NCBI RefSeq assembly: GCF_009914755.1
Contig: NC_060927.1
DNA: 64,000 nucleotides
Reading direction: 5' to 3' (one strand)
DNA from: the human T2T-CHM13v2.0 reference genome, Homo sapiens
In this document: piece by piece, positions 17,240-29,031 of the stretch
Layout: every line of letters starts with the position of its first letter
Numbering within the stretch: the first letter of the stretch is position 1
Program-made: the position numbers and the translations under genes
The notes under the pieces: generated by a model
What the model was told of the DNA's origin: nothing
Databases searched by the model: none
The model's input: the letters and a program-made list of their open reading frames with translations, nothing else

Positions 17240-17460
17240 CAAGATCACAAAATACAGCCCATGGACCTGTCCAATGAGTAACTTGTTTTTATAAATAAGG
17301 TTAATTGGAACACAGCCTCATCCATTCATCTACGTACTGCCTATGGTTGCTTTTATTGCTACAAAGACAGAGTTGAATAGCTGTGACAGAGATTATATGA
17401 CCTGCAAAGCTAAAAATATTTATAAACCGGAACTTTACCAGTAAAGCTTGCCGGACCTGC
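17240..17460 (-). mobile_element. MER58A (hAT-Charlie)
   Basis: attggaacacagcc...ctgcctatggttgcttt...gagttgaatagctgtgacagaga...cctgcaaagctaaaaatattta. Confidence 0.8.
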
Positions 17461-17479
17461 CTTAGATAATCTATTGCCT

Positions 17480-17967
17480 TCTTAGCTTTCTGACCTTCAT
17501 TTCCAATTTCTTCTCATCCTTGCTGACTTTTCTTCGGTCTTGCTGGTAGTATTTCTGCTCCTGAAAACCCCAGGGCCATTTCCTTCCCAGGACCTTTGTT
17601 CAGGATATGCCTTCTTTATAGGAGGCTGTCACGCAGACCTTTCCATGCTGTGTTCTTCTCACCACTCGAAGCTCAGCCTACAGACACATATCATGGCTTC
17701 CTTAACTCTCCTCTACCCCAGCTAAAGGGAGCTCCACCCCAGTCATGTTCTGTTTGTTCCTATTCCTCAGTAACTTATGTCACTTACTGGTTTGTTCACG
17801 TGTACCTGTATCTCCTCATTAAAATGAAAGTACCTTAAAGGTAAGGCCCTGCTCTGTCTCTAGTTCTACTTTGTATCCCTAGAGCTCTAAGCAGTGACTG
17901 GTACCTAGTAAGTGCTCAATAAATCCCTGTGGATTGGATGGAAGAATGAAAGAAGGAATGAATGAAT
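17480..17967 (+). mobile_element. L2 3' end
   Basis: cagtgactggtacctagtaagtgctcaataaat followed by a (gaat)-like tail. Confidence 0.7.
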
Positions 17968-18289
17968 CTGTTGTGGAGTATGATACAGTTTCTACCCTCA
18001 ATATATTGTTTAGAGAGAGCCATGTACACTAATGTCTGTGAAAATAAGAAAGTAGGTTTATAGCAAGAACAGCCTTGAGCGAGATCAATCTTGCTGAGGG
18101 AGTATGTCATGAAGATTGCGCAGACAAAGCTAATAGTCAAGGATGACCAACCACTGTTAAACATAAAAAAGACTTTCTAAAGTGAAGGAATTGATTTTGA
18201 AGTTATTTATTGAAATTGATTATGAATGAATATATTAAAATGTCCAATCTCATATATAATTTTCAGTCTTCAGAACAGTAAAGATGAAA

Positions 18290-18605
18290 AAAATACAGTA
18301 ATACACAGTGATGGTAAGGATGTGGGAAAACGAATATTTTTATTGTTTACAAATGAATGTCCAAAGTGATCAAATCTTTTAAGAAGGGTAGTTTTATGCT
18401 GTATATCAAAAGCTTTTAGAATATGAATAACTTTTCACCCAGTAGTTCCATTTCTAGGATTTTTGGAAAGGGGAGAAATTAGAAACTTCCTCAAAGATAG
18501 AGGTACCAGAATGTTCACGAGAATGTAAGTAGCTAACAAAAGGGAGGTGACAGTGCATTATAGAACTTCTACATAATATAGTACTTAGAATTGTTAAAAA
18601 TGATG
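18290..18605 (+). mobile_element. L1ME-type fragment
   Basis: tggtaaggatgtgggaaaa...ttttcacccagtagttccatttctagg. Confidence 0.6.
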
Positions 18606-18629
18606 GTGCAAATCAGAGTCCAGAACACC

Positions 18630-18830
18630 AATTGTTGAACATTCTCTGTGTATCAATCACCAGTCCAAACACTTCATATAGATTACTTCTTTGAAACGCC
18701 ACAGCAAACTCTAAATAGGGACTGATATCATCCCCATTTACAGAGTAGAAAATAGAGCCTTACAAAAGTTAAGTGACTTTTCTAAGGTCCCAGAGCCAGA
18801 AAGGGAAAAAGAAAGTTGCTTATCAGGACC
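18630..18830 (-). mobile_element. MIR
   Basis: atcatccccatttacagagtagaaaatagagcc...aagttaagtgactttt..aaggtcccagagc (MIR core, reverse). Confidence 0.75.
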
Positions 18831-18881
18831 TGACTCACATAATGCTCTGGGATACGGACAATAAAAAGGATCAATTCTTTT

Positions 18882-18992
18882 ACCCTGGACAAATTACTTG
18901 ATCTTTCTGGGTTTCAGTTTCCTTGTTTATAAAATGAGATTAACAATAGTATTTGTCTCATAAGGTTTTCATGAGGATTGAATGAGTTAATT
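18882..18992 (+). mobile_element. MIR
   Basis: ggacaaattacttgatctttctgggtttcagtttccttgtttataaaatgaga...gaggattgaatgagttaat. Confidence 0.8.
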
Positions 18993-19044
18993 CATTCTGT
19001 ATGTATCTATATGAAAATATGCATATATATATATGTGTGTGTAG

Positions 19045-19570
19045 CTATATCCTAGCCACTGTTGTGTATGCAGAAGAGGCATGAGCAAGCAAAAGAGATA
19101 AATTCCTGAGTCTGCATTCTAGTAGCCAGAGACAGACTTTAAATGAATAAATGAAATATAAGGAGAATATCAGACTGTGGCAAATATAAAAAAAAAAGCA
19201 GATAAGAGAAGAAATACCAGGATGGGGCATACAGTCTGCAATTAGGAATAGGGGCTCAGAGCAGGGCTCACTGAGAAGACAACCTTTGAACAAAGACATA
19301 AAGAAGCAAACCATGAGGAGATCTAAGAGAAGAGCATTCTGGGTAGAGAGACCAGCAGGTGCTGAGGCAGAAGCATGTCAAGGCTATTTGGGAAATGACT
19401 AGAAGAGTAGTGTGAGCTAGGATGGGCATGGTAGGAGATGAGCCTGGAGGACAGGTGGCAGGGCACCAGCGCATGCAGAATCAGACTGGACGACATGCAG
19501 AGCCTTTAAGGATTCTGGATGGAGGCACAGCATGATCTGACAGATTTCAAAAGGATCAAGCTGATCCTCC
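19045..19570 (-). mobile_element. L2 fragment
   Basis: ctcactgagaagacaacctttgaacaaagac...gaagagcattctggg...tgaggcagaagcatg. Confidence 0.7.
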
Positions 19571-20244
19571 CAAATACATTAATTTCATGTAAAGTACTCA
19601 AAACAGTGTCTGCTACCTGACAAGTGACCAGTAAAGATTACACATTTTTATTTGCAGTATTAATATCATCTTCCTCTAGCTTCATACTTTTTCCACAGTT
19701 TCTTCAGGAAATATATATATGGAACCGAGAAACCTTCACTTTCCTTCATACCCTTAACAGACTTGTGTATATGCCATTTGTCCACTGCTGGAGAGAAGCT
19801 AGTTTGTGTTGGAAAACATGGGGAAACTGAATTCAAGCACCAACCCTACCCTTGTACTCAGCCTAGGAACAGTTTAAACCTTAGAAGACCCGAGTGGACT
19901 GGTAACCTCTTCCATGGATAAGATAATGGGGCTCCCACACATAATTACACAATAATGTAACAATATTCCATGCATGGAAATGCTCTTGCTAGTTAGAGTA
20001 TCTTTTCAAATGCATCCTTCTATACAGCACTGACTCAACAATAATACTTCTGCATTTAAAATACTATTTTGATGAGATCATTGCTTCTGGCAATTGCCTC
20101 ACCAAATTTCTCCTTTTGGTATCGTTAAAGTACAGTTTTATCAGGTAGCAGATGGTGAAAGAGTGGCCCCATATTCATAGCCTTATTTTCCAGTGATTTT
20201 GTGGTTATATCCAGTTTGCGGGGTTTTGGCACTTTCCAGTTTCA

Positions 20245-20810
20245 AACATTTATTGATTCATCCCACTAATGTCTACAAAAAGCCACCATGTGCCAGGTAC
20301 ATATTTAGGTGCCAGGGATGGAAAGGGGAACAAGACAAATTCGTTGCCCTCATGGAAATCACATTCTATTGAAAAGTGAGACAATATGCAAACAAACAAA
20401 TAGAAAATGACAAGAAGACATAGGAAAGGTAGAGGAAGATGGGAGATAGATCTTACCTGGACTCCTGTATTAGATGTGAATGGTCAGGAGGGCTTCTTGG
20501 AGGAGGTGCTCTTCAAGCACAAACCTGCATGAAATGAAATAGCAAAAGGAAAAGCAAGGGAAAAGGTGCTCAGAGGAGAGTGTGAGTGGCGTGAGAAACA
20601 GACGCTGGAGTGTAGAGGATGGAGGTAGAAAATGGAATGGGGTGGGGGTAGCCAGTGGCTATTTATGTAGGGCTTTGGAATTCTGAGCAAGAAGGGAAAA
20701 ATGGGAAGCTTTAGAAACTGATTTATGTTTTAGAACGACCACTTGGACTGTTGGTAAGAAGAAAACTGTGGAGAAGCAAGAGTAGGGTCAGGGAGGCCAG
20801 ATAGAAGTTT
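20245..20810 (-). mobile_element. L2 fragment
   Basis: catgtgccaggtac...aggtgccagggat...gccctcatggaaatcacattcta...ggtcaggagggcttcttggaggaggtg. Confidence 0.7.
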
Positions 20811-21224
20811 CCCAAGCACCTGCACATTTGATAGAGCTTCCAAAATTACACCCTTGACACAATCCACAGAAGGGGGAAAAAAAAAAACACTGAAAGTGAT
20901 TTACTCACAAAATAAGCATCATACTTTCCTAGCTTTGGGGAACTCATTTTATCAAATCAATTATGTAGGCAAGGGTCTACAACTTCCAGGAAGTAAGAAA
21001 ATCTTACAGGTGGTGTCCTAAGGCTGCTGACCCCAATTCTTTCCTCCTTTCTTCTGAAATGATGTGACTATTCCAAGTCTCATTCACCTGTCCAGTGGCC
21101 ATCTGAGATAGTTCCCAGATAGCAAATTAGCCTCCTAGGCTTTTTAAAAAAATCCCTCATTGATTCAGCAAATTTTATTCAGCACCTTGTTGTGTCCAGA
21201 TGCCATGAATCATAACCAAAATGT

Positions 21225-21350
21225 AGGTCCATGCAGATTGTATTTTGCATCCTGTGTAATGCCAGGGGCTGCTATTCACATAGGTTATAAGAATGCCACC
21301 CCATGGAGTTGTACGGTGTGTTGCCTGCATAACTGCACCCTGTAGCCCTG
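21225..21350. mobile_element. MER91-like palindromic hAT MITE
   Basis: ccaggggctgctattcacatag...gaatgccaccccatggagttgta...gcataactgcaccctgtagccctg. Confidence 0.55.
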
Positions 21351-21867
21351 CCAGTCTGCTAGGTACTAGGGATAGGAACAAGCAAGACATAATATTTTTG
21401 GTTAACCATGTGCCCAGGTTAGAGTGATTGCCCTTTTACTTGGCATCCTAATGAGTTCATTTGTTTTTCACCATCCTCTATGTAAATACAAACGTGGCAT
21501 TACTGACAGCAGGGTGCATTTCCAAAAATGCAAAACCTCCAAACCTGTCTTCCCGACAGGCCTCCGCAGTATTCATTCTGGAAACCCATCAGAAGCATTT
21601 CAGATCAAAGCAGGTAACAGAGGTGAGCTGCAACCAGGGATGATTTGAGATTCCAGACACATCCTGACCACCATCTGGGCCTCTGCAAAAGCATCTGCAG
21701 GCTCTTCTTAAAGCTCAGGGCCCCCACACAGAGAGCAAGGAGAGATATATGGCCTAGGAGAAGCCAGCAGATGGTGAGTTACCCAACTTCTTACAAGGTT
21801 GAAAATGTCAACTCACCATTGTGGAAGGGTGTGGTAAAAGTGCCTTCTATTCCCTAGTCTTCCTTTC

Positions 21868-21890
21868 TGTGTGTGTGTGTGTGTGTGTGT
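21868..21890. repeat. (TG)11 microsatellite
   Basis: Direct reading. Confidence 0.95.
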
Positions 21891-21979
21891 TTGTACATGT
21901 GTATTTCTGAGGCAATCCTCATTTTCTTATCCTATGTCCTCTTGTGCTTTCTATTGCAAAGAAATGATCTATTCAGTCA

Positions 21980-23720
21980 ATTGTTGATTGATTGATTCAT
22001 TCATTCAATATGTATTTACAAATATCGACTTTGTGCCTGGCACTATCTAGGCCTTGGGGACAGTGAACAACATTGACAAAGTTAGTGCTTCATGAAATCT
22101 ACATAGTAATTGGATAAAGCTACACATCATTTTGGATAATGATATGTGCTCTGAAGAGACAAAGACAGGTGCATGGGAATAGAGAATGACTGGAGGGAGC
22201 AGGGCTACTTCTGATTGGTTGGTAGTCATGAAAGGCTTCAGTGAGGAGGTAATACATGAGCTGAAGTAGTAATGAGAAGGATGTAGAAGCAAACATAATT
22301 GGTTAAACTCCTTTACAAGGATCTGCTAGATACTTTCCTCTTTCTTGTTTTTGTCAAATCCTTGTTGAACATGTACATTATGGGATAAAGTAAACAATTC
22401 AAATATGAGTATGTAATATATCAGTTGCTTGAATGCTGTGATATGATGGGAGGGAGAGTGAGAGAGTGGTTAAATTAATCAAATATGAGTATGTAATATA
22501 TCAGTTGCTTAAATGCTGTGATATGGTGGGAAGGAGAGTGAGAGGGCGGTCAGGGATGCCATCTTGGAGGTGGGAGTATTCTTGAATAGAGAACAAAGCA
22601 AGAGAAGGAGTCATGAATATAACTGGGGGTGGGGGTAGGGAAGAGTGCCCAGGCCAGAGATGAGCAAATGCAAGGGCAGGTAGGCGCCAAGGCAGGGGTA
22701 AGACCGGCAAGAGGAGCAGTAAGGAGGACCCTGTGTCTGCAGTGAACAGGCAGGAAAGAGTCCAGGAGGGGGCAGGATCCTGATCCCTTGACATTGTATA
22801 GGCCATGAGGGGAAATTTCAGTTTTATTTTGCATTGTATGGGATGTCATTGGATGATTTTGAGCATGAGCTGACTAAACATTTTAAAAAGACCACTCTGT
22901 CTTGGAGAAGAACAGACTCTAGGGGTGAAAGTGGAAGCAGGAAGATAAGCCAGGGCACTGTTCACTGTTACAGTAATCAAGGCAAAAGACCATGGTAGCC
23001 TGGGCTGGAGGAATGAGTTAGAGGTGTTGCAAAATGGTTTGATTAGGGAGATGTGAAGATGAGCTAGACAGAATCTGGTGATTGATGCTATATAAGGTAC
23101 AAACAAAAGGGACAAATCCAAATGACTCCACACGTGTTGTGCGGACAGCTGTGTCAACAGTAGAGTTATTTCTGAAAAGGCAAGACTAGAGGAGAGGGAA
23201 GGTTTGGCAGGAAAGAGGCAACTTCGGACACAGTAACACTGAGATGCTTATGAACGGTGGTGAAGATGTCAGCTAGGAGTTGAATACACAATTCTGGAAT
23301 TCAAGAGAGATGCTGGGAATTATCAGACTGCAAATGATACAGGAAACCTGGAGACTAGATGAGATCATGTAGGCATAATTGTAGATCGAAAAGTAAGAAT
23401 GATGCCCAAGATACTCCAATATTTGAACTAGGGAAGAAGAGGAAGTAGCAAAGGAGCTGAAAATGAATATCATAATAGAGAAGAGGGTAAATGGGAGGGA
23501 ACAGTTACCCAAAAAGTGATTGAGGAAAGGGTGAGGAGAAAGAGGGAATGAACCATTGTTTTTCAAATGCTGCTTAGAAGTACTAGAGCATCCAATTGAG
23601 CAATGGGGTCACTACTGGAAAATTCAAGAGTGATTTGATGGACTGGTATCAGTGAAAGCCTGGCTAGAGTGGTGCTAGGGAGAATGGGAGGAGAGAGAGC
23701 TTCTGTGAGCATAATAAAGG
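21980..23720 (-). mobile_element. Long L2 remnant (~1.7 kb)
   Basis: (ttga/ttca) tail attgattcattcattcaata..., gtgcctggcactat, gaccactctg, ctggagactagatgagatca. Confidence 0.75.
22391..22550. repeat. Tandem duplication, 80 bp x2 (~90% identical)
   Basis: caaatatgagtatgtaatatatcagttgctt(g/a)aatgctgtgatatg... at 22400 and 22480. Confidence 0.95.
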
Positions 23721-23950
23721 CTCTCAAGGGGTTTTACTGTCATGATTTCGTAAAGCCCATGCACAGCTGTGAGGACCCAGGTAGTAGGTGGAGAGGGTTA
23801 TAGGATCAAGGGAGGGGGCCTTTAAATGTTTGTCTGGTGAAGACAGTAACCTCCAAGAAGAGGAAACTTAAAAGTTCAGAAGAGTGAGGAGATCATTATT
23901 ACAGTGATGTGCTCGTTGTTTGTTTGCTTGTTTGGTTTTGTGACATTTTC

Positions 23951-24352
23951 TGTCTTAGGCCATTATTATTCGGCTATAAAGAAATACCTGAGACTGGGTA
24001 ATTTATAAAGAAAAGAGGCTTAATTGGCTCATGGTTCTGTAGGCTTTCCAGGAAGCATGGCAACATTTGCTTCTGGGGAGGTCTCAGGAAGTTTTCAATC
24101 ACAGTGGAAGACGAGGGGGACGTAGGCATCTCACATGGCAGGAGGAGGAGCAAAAGAGAGAGTGGGGGGAGGTGCCATGCACTTTTAAATGACCAGATCT
24201 TGTGAGAACCCACTAGCTATTGCAAAGACAGCACCAAGCCATGAGGGATCTGCCTCTGTGACCCAAACACCTCTCACCAGGCCCCATCTCCCACACTGGG
24301 GATTACACTTCAACATGAGATTTGGGAGGAGACAAATATCCAAACTATAGCA
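23951..24352 (-). mobile_element. MST (MSTB/MSTA-like) MaLR solo LTR
   Basis: tgtcttagg...ctataaagaaatacctgagactgggtaatttataaagaaaagagg...catgagatttgg...atatccaaactatagca; TG..CA ends. Confidence 0.93.
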
Positions 24353-24442
24353 CCTTTTAAAAATGTGGAAGCCATTCTTAGCTTGTAGACCACACAAAAA
24401 CCGGCTATAAATTGCCCATGGGCCATAGTTTGCTGACCCCTG
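24353..24442 (+). mobile_element. MER58B terminal fragment
   Basis: ttaaaaatgtggaagccattcttagct...gggccatagtttgctgacccctg. Confidence 0.75.
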
Positions 24443-27400
24443 CAGTCCAGCAGACTGTTCCATGATCTTCCATTACCAGACTCAAATATACTGGATTTAG
24501 CACATCAATCCTGGGGTCATTGTGCACGTGAAGGGTATGAGGTTTCCATCTATTAGATAGTGCACATAAAAAGGCTTCTGATCCAGAGTCCCTTTGTTTC
24601 TTGGTGTGGCTCATTTTTGGTTTGTTTGTTTCCATGAGGATAAGATCTTAAAGTATGTTTTTTTGCTAGGACCATGGATGACAATTAGAAGTTAGAATTA
24701 CAAGTTTCAACAAATAGATCCTATAGTGCTGGCAGATACCAAGAATGCAAGAAGGCTTGGCTAGGAAATAGCATAGTCCCGGGTTGACCAAGACACATCA
24801 TAAATGAGGAATAAGGGAAGTTGGTGATGGACAACAGATCTCTTGTTACATTTGAGGCAGTTTTCTCTCCTCATCCTACTTCCACTTTCTCTCCTACATT
24901 TCCTACTTCCATAAGCAGAGAATGAGGGAAAGCTTCATTCTCAGGAAGACAAAAGGACCAAATTCCTTGACCCTAGGATACAGGTATTTGTTTCCTGGCA
25001 AACAGTGAAATTTGCATGCAAATTAGAAGCATCTCTGGATCTTAGGACTCTTCTTCAGTCATCATAATCTGACATATTGCAGATAAGGAATATAGAGATG
25101 CATAGGTATGAGGCAGTAAGAGATAAATCCCCACATCCCAGTGGTGGGTAACAAAGTAAAGTTTCATGAAAGTTGGGTAGCTCTTCTCTATCCTCTAGCT
25201 GTGCTATTTGGACACATGTCCTTTGCTTTGCAGGAGCAGGGGAACAGTTAGAGAATACCTGGGGGAGGTTGAGGAGCACATGGATATCTGGTGAGCACTC
25301 TCTTTGCCACAGTGAACGCTGACACCAACAACCTGTCCTTTGATAACACAGGCAGACTCAGCTTTCATATCTAACCCATTTATCCAGCATTCTCCCCAGC
25401 AAAGATACAATGACTGACTCGGAACCATATAATACAGCAAAGAAACTTTCTTTAAAATATTTATCAGTTATCATGAAAGAAATCTCTTGCTTGTGAGGGT
25501 TGATTGCAAGGGTCTTGAAGTTGTCCTTTATAAGAAAATAAAGTAGGACTTTATAATTCTTGGAACAATTATAACATTAATTTTTTAAAAATTGCCATCT
25601 TTGCTTAAGCTTTTGAAAATCCTATTGGCAATTCTGTGTTTAATGAGGTACACTTCAAAGTGGGCTGGGTACAGATACTTCTTGACAGCACAGAAGGGCT
25701 TCTCCATGATGAAAAAATAAGTGTTTGCGTCAATAGTGAAATAATCAGTAATTGACTTTGGTGGATTAAAAATGGACCATTGATGACTTGACACATGAAT
25801 TTCTTTCCAGAAGGACTACAAGCTTGAATATAATGATATAAAGATATCTTGATATCTATAGTTAATGAGACCAAAGGGCAAGGATAAAGGGACTTGAATC
25901 CTTTTCTTAAATCTCCATAAATTCCTCTTGAAAGAGAATTTCTACTCAGATATTTCAACTGGAAGAGACTGTAGAAATGATGTAGTTAAGCCCTTTTATT
26001 ATACAGATCTGAGAACAGAGACTTCTATCTCAGTGACCTTCCTAGGGGCCTGTCATCAGTGGCAGCAACTGATTTCATTTAATGGGATATATGCAAATTA
26101 TGTTTCCCATAATGCACTGAGAGTACCCTGATGTCTTTACATATTGACGTTTCCATTATTTTTAGTTCTTGATTTTTTATTGTAAAATTAATGTTTGCCA
26201 TACAAAATTCAACACTGTGAATTTTAAATATCTTTTTGTTAGTCTGTTTCTTTTCTTTTCATAAAACTGAAATACATTTACTTCACCCTGGCTATTGTAG
26301 GTCCCCAAAAAGGTTCAGAAGATCACTTGATGATATATTGTGGAAATATTTTTAAGCTTTAGTCCCTGTATCCCGAGTGATGAGAAATCCTAGTCCTCAA
26401 AACATTTGTATTCAGTTTTCACATTAACACCTGGGATGTGGGTTTCAGAAGTAGGTGTTTGTCTCCGGTCTTATATCCAGAGCTTGACATAGGGACATCT
26501 GTGCCTGCTTCAGCATCCAAACAAAGATGTCCACTCTATAGCTAGTAAAACATTGCAGAAAGAGGCAGTGTTTATATGACTGATAAAGTATTTTACAGCT
26601 TTATTACGGAGGGGGGATTGTCAGAAAGACAGATAAGATTAACTGACAAAGAATCTTATACTCCTGAAAATCAGGTGGCTTAATGACAACCTGATATCAT
26701 GAAGCCCTAATTAAGGCTGTCAATTACCTGCTGTTGATTCGGGAGCACAAAATGGAACGCTTGGTTTTCAGACTCAGATGTACACGGTCGTGGGGGGTGG
26801 GGTTACTAGTGAGGACATAGGCTATTGAGGCCCTTTGAAAGATGCTCTTTTTTGAGTGATACAGTGGTTTATTTCATTAGCTATCTTATCACCTTAGCAA
26901 CAATTGAACCAAACAGGTCATTTAGCATCATTCTGCAAAATATCTGAGAGACTGAAGTTTTTACTGAAGCTACTAAACTGTCCAAAGATGTTGCCATCAT
27001 AGACACAATTGCTATCTGCAGGATAGGCATCCATTTTCATAGCTAAATTGTTCAAAAGGCACACAGAGGCACCATGATTTTTATGTTTCTTATTGTTTTT
27101 TTGTTTGTTTGTTTTCGGTGGTTACTTAAAAATCAATTTATTTTTATTCTGGTGTGTACCAGGGGTATAGTGTTTGTTAGGAAGAAAAAGCAATTTTAAT
27201 TTAGAGGGAAACAGATTTTCTTTATCACAGAGAAATGTGGAATAAATGAGACACACACCAAATAAAATTCTCATTTTAGATCCCAGGGGTTGAGGTGGTG
27301 AGATGGGGCTGGCAGAGGGACAAGTTTAGAATTTGATAATTCTATTTGGATTTCTCCTTAGAGCTCTTAGTTGTCAATAAAAACCTCTTGGTAAGCAACA

Positions 27401-27989
27401 CAAATGACCTAGTTATGCCTGTGCTGTTGAACGGGGTATTTAGAAGCCACAGAGTATAGTGAAATAGAGTTAAAGAGCCAGGGCTGCGGTTAAGTTCTGC
27501 CTGTCTACCTGTGTGCCCTCTGGTGTTCTTCTCCTCCTCTCTGGGCATCAGTTTCCCCATCATAAAATGGATTTTTAACAGTTCTTCCTTAATGTATGCC
27601 TTTAAATTACCTGTTAAAATGCCTTATAGTTTGCCCATATCATCTTAACCAAAGTTTATTATAATTGAGTGTACAGCATCTCTGGGGAAATTTATGTTTA
27701 ACTGAATTGATGGATAGGCACATTCATTTCAAAAGCCACATCTGTGATTTCTCTTGCACAGTTATTTTATTGCTATTTTGTATGCAAATCTCTTGCTAAA
27801 GTTATTTTAGGGTTGGGAGGTGTGTGAGAGAGAAAGACAGACAGAAATAGATAGCAATGTCTACCAGTGCAACTTTATTCATATTCCTCATTGCCACTCT
27901 CTGTGATACAGCCACACAGGCTTCAATCCCTAATACTTGCCGTGATTTGCCCTGCCATGGAGTCTTTGCACATGTTGAAACTCACAGAT

Positions 27990-28293
27990 TCCCATCACAT
28001 TATGCTTGTTGTGGCTATCTCAAAATATCATTTATGTTCATCATTATAATTATGCTGGTTATTAAACCTGCTGCCTTGATCTTGTTATTTAAGGCATTAA
28101 TAGAGAAGCATGTATATATAACTGTCAACATTCTTAAAGCATTTTGATTACTGTCATTCACCTTCTGACTTCTGACTTCCTTTGTAATGCTGTGCATTTT
28201 GTCTTATGCATCCAAAGGCATTCTAAGAAGGGGTGCACAGCTTTCACCACATTTCCAAAGAGGTCTTTGGCACCACAAACCTTAAGAACCTCT
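27990..28293. mobile_element. hAT-Charlie fragment (Charlie4-like end)
   Basis: aaggggtgcacagctttcacca...ccaaagaggtctttggcac...ttaagaacctct. Confidence 0.5.
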
Positions 28294-28519
28294 ACATTAG
28301 ACCATAAGTGAGAGAGACAGGGGTTCTATCTGGCTGTGTTCATCAAGGTTCTTGGTAAACTTCAGGTAGTAAATAAGTACATGTTGAATGAATAAATGAA
28401 AAAAACTCCACAAGATTGGAATAGATAACCCTTCAATCAGAGATCTGGTTACTCGACATAACCTTCTGAGGCTCAATGCTTAGAAGAAAAGATGCAGCAA
28501 ATCTTGTATCTATTTAAAA

Positions 28520-28960
28520 TGTTTTGGGCTGCAAAGAACAAAAACCTGGCTCAGGGTGGCTTGAATACCAAGGAGATGTGTGTGTTCTCGTGTATAGGAA
28601 GTCAGGATTCAGGTTCTATGTGGTCAGTGTCTCCAGGAGTCATCAAGAATTCATGCTCAAAATATGCTACTGGAGCAACTGGGGCCATGTACCTCTTTGT
28701 TTTGGTCTGATAGGAAAGAGAGACCCTAACTCTCAAGCATGGGGAAATAAATTTATCCTGTCAGTTTCCTTGAGACGAATTGGAAGAAGTGTCATTCCTT
28801 GACCAATAGTAGTTGCCAGGGTAATGCCATGTGTTCATTGGATAGGACTAATCAATCAGTGTCCATCTCTGCAGCCGAGGAGAGGAAGAATCATGAACAA
28901 TAAGCCATGCGGAAAAGAAGGAAGGGCGAAATGTTGTGAAGAAAACCAGCAGAGTGAATG
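28520..28960 (-). mobile_element. Old MLT1-type LTR remnant
   Basis: gggctgcaaagaacaaaaacctggctcagggtggcttgaa...ttgaccaatagtagttgccaggg..atgccatgtgttcattgg. Confidence 0.5.
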
Positions 28961-29010
28961 GCACAACAACTTTTCAGGAAGGCTCACCAGGGAACGCATA
29001 TTACCAGGAC

Positions 29011-29031
29011 AAAAAAAAAAAAAAAAAAAAA
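29011..29031. repeat. A21 homopolymer
   Basis: Direct reading. Confidence 0.95.

Noticed and set aside
21604-21780. Cryptic exon ending at the strong donor atg|gtgagt
   Set aside because: No convincing polypyrimidine tract or acceptor upstream
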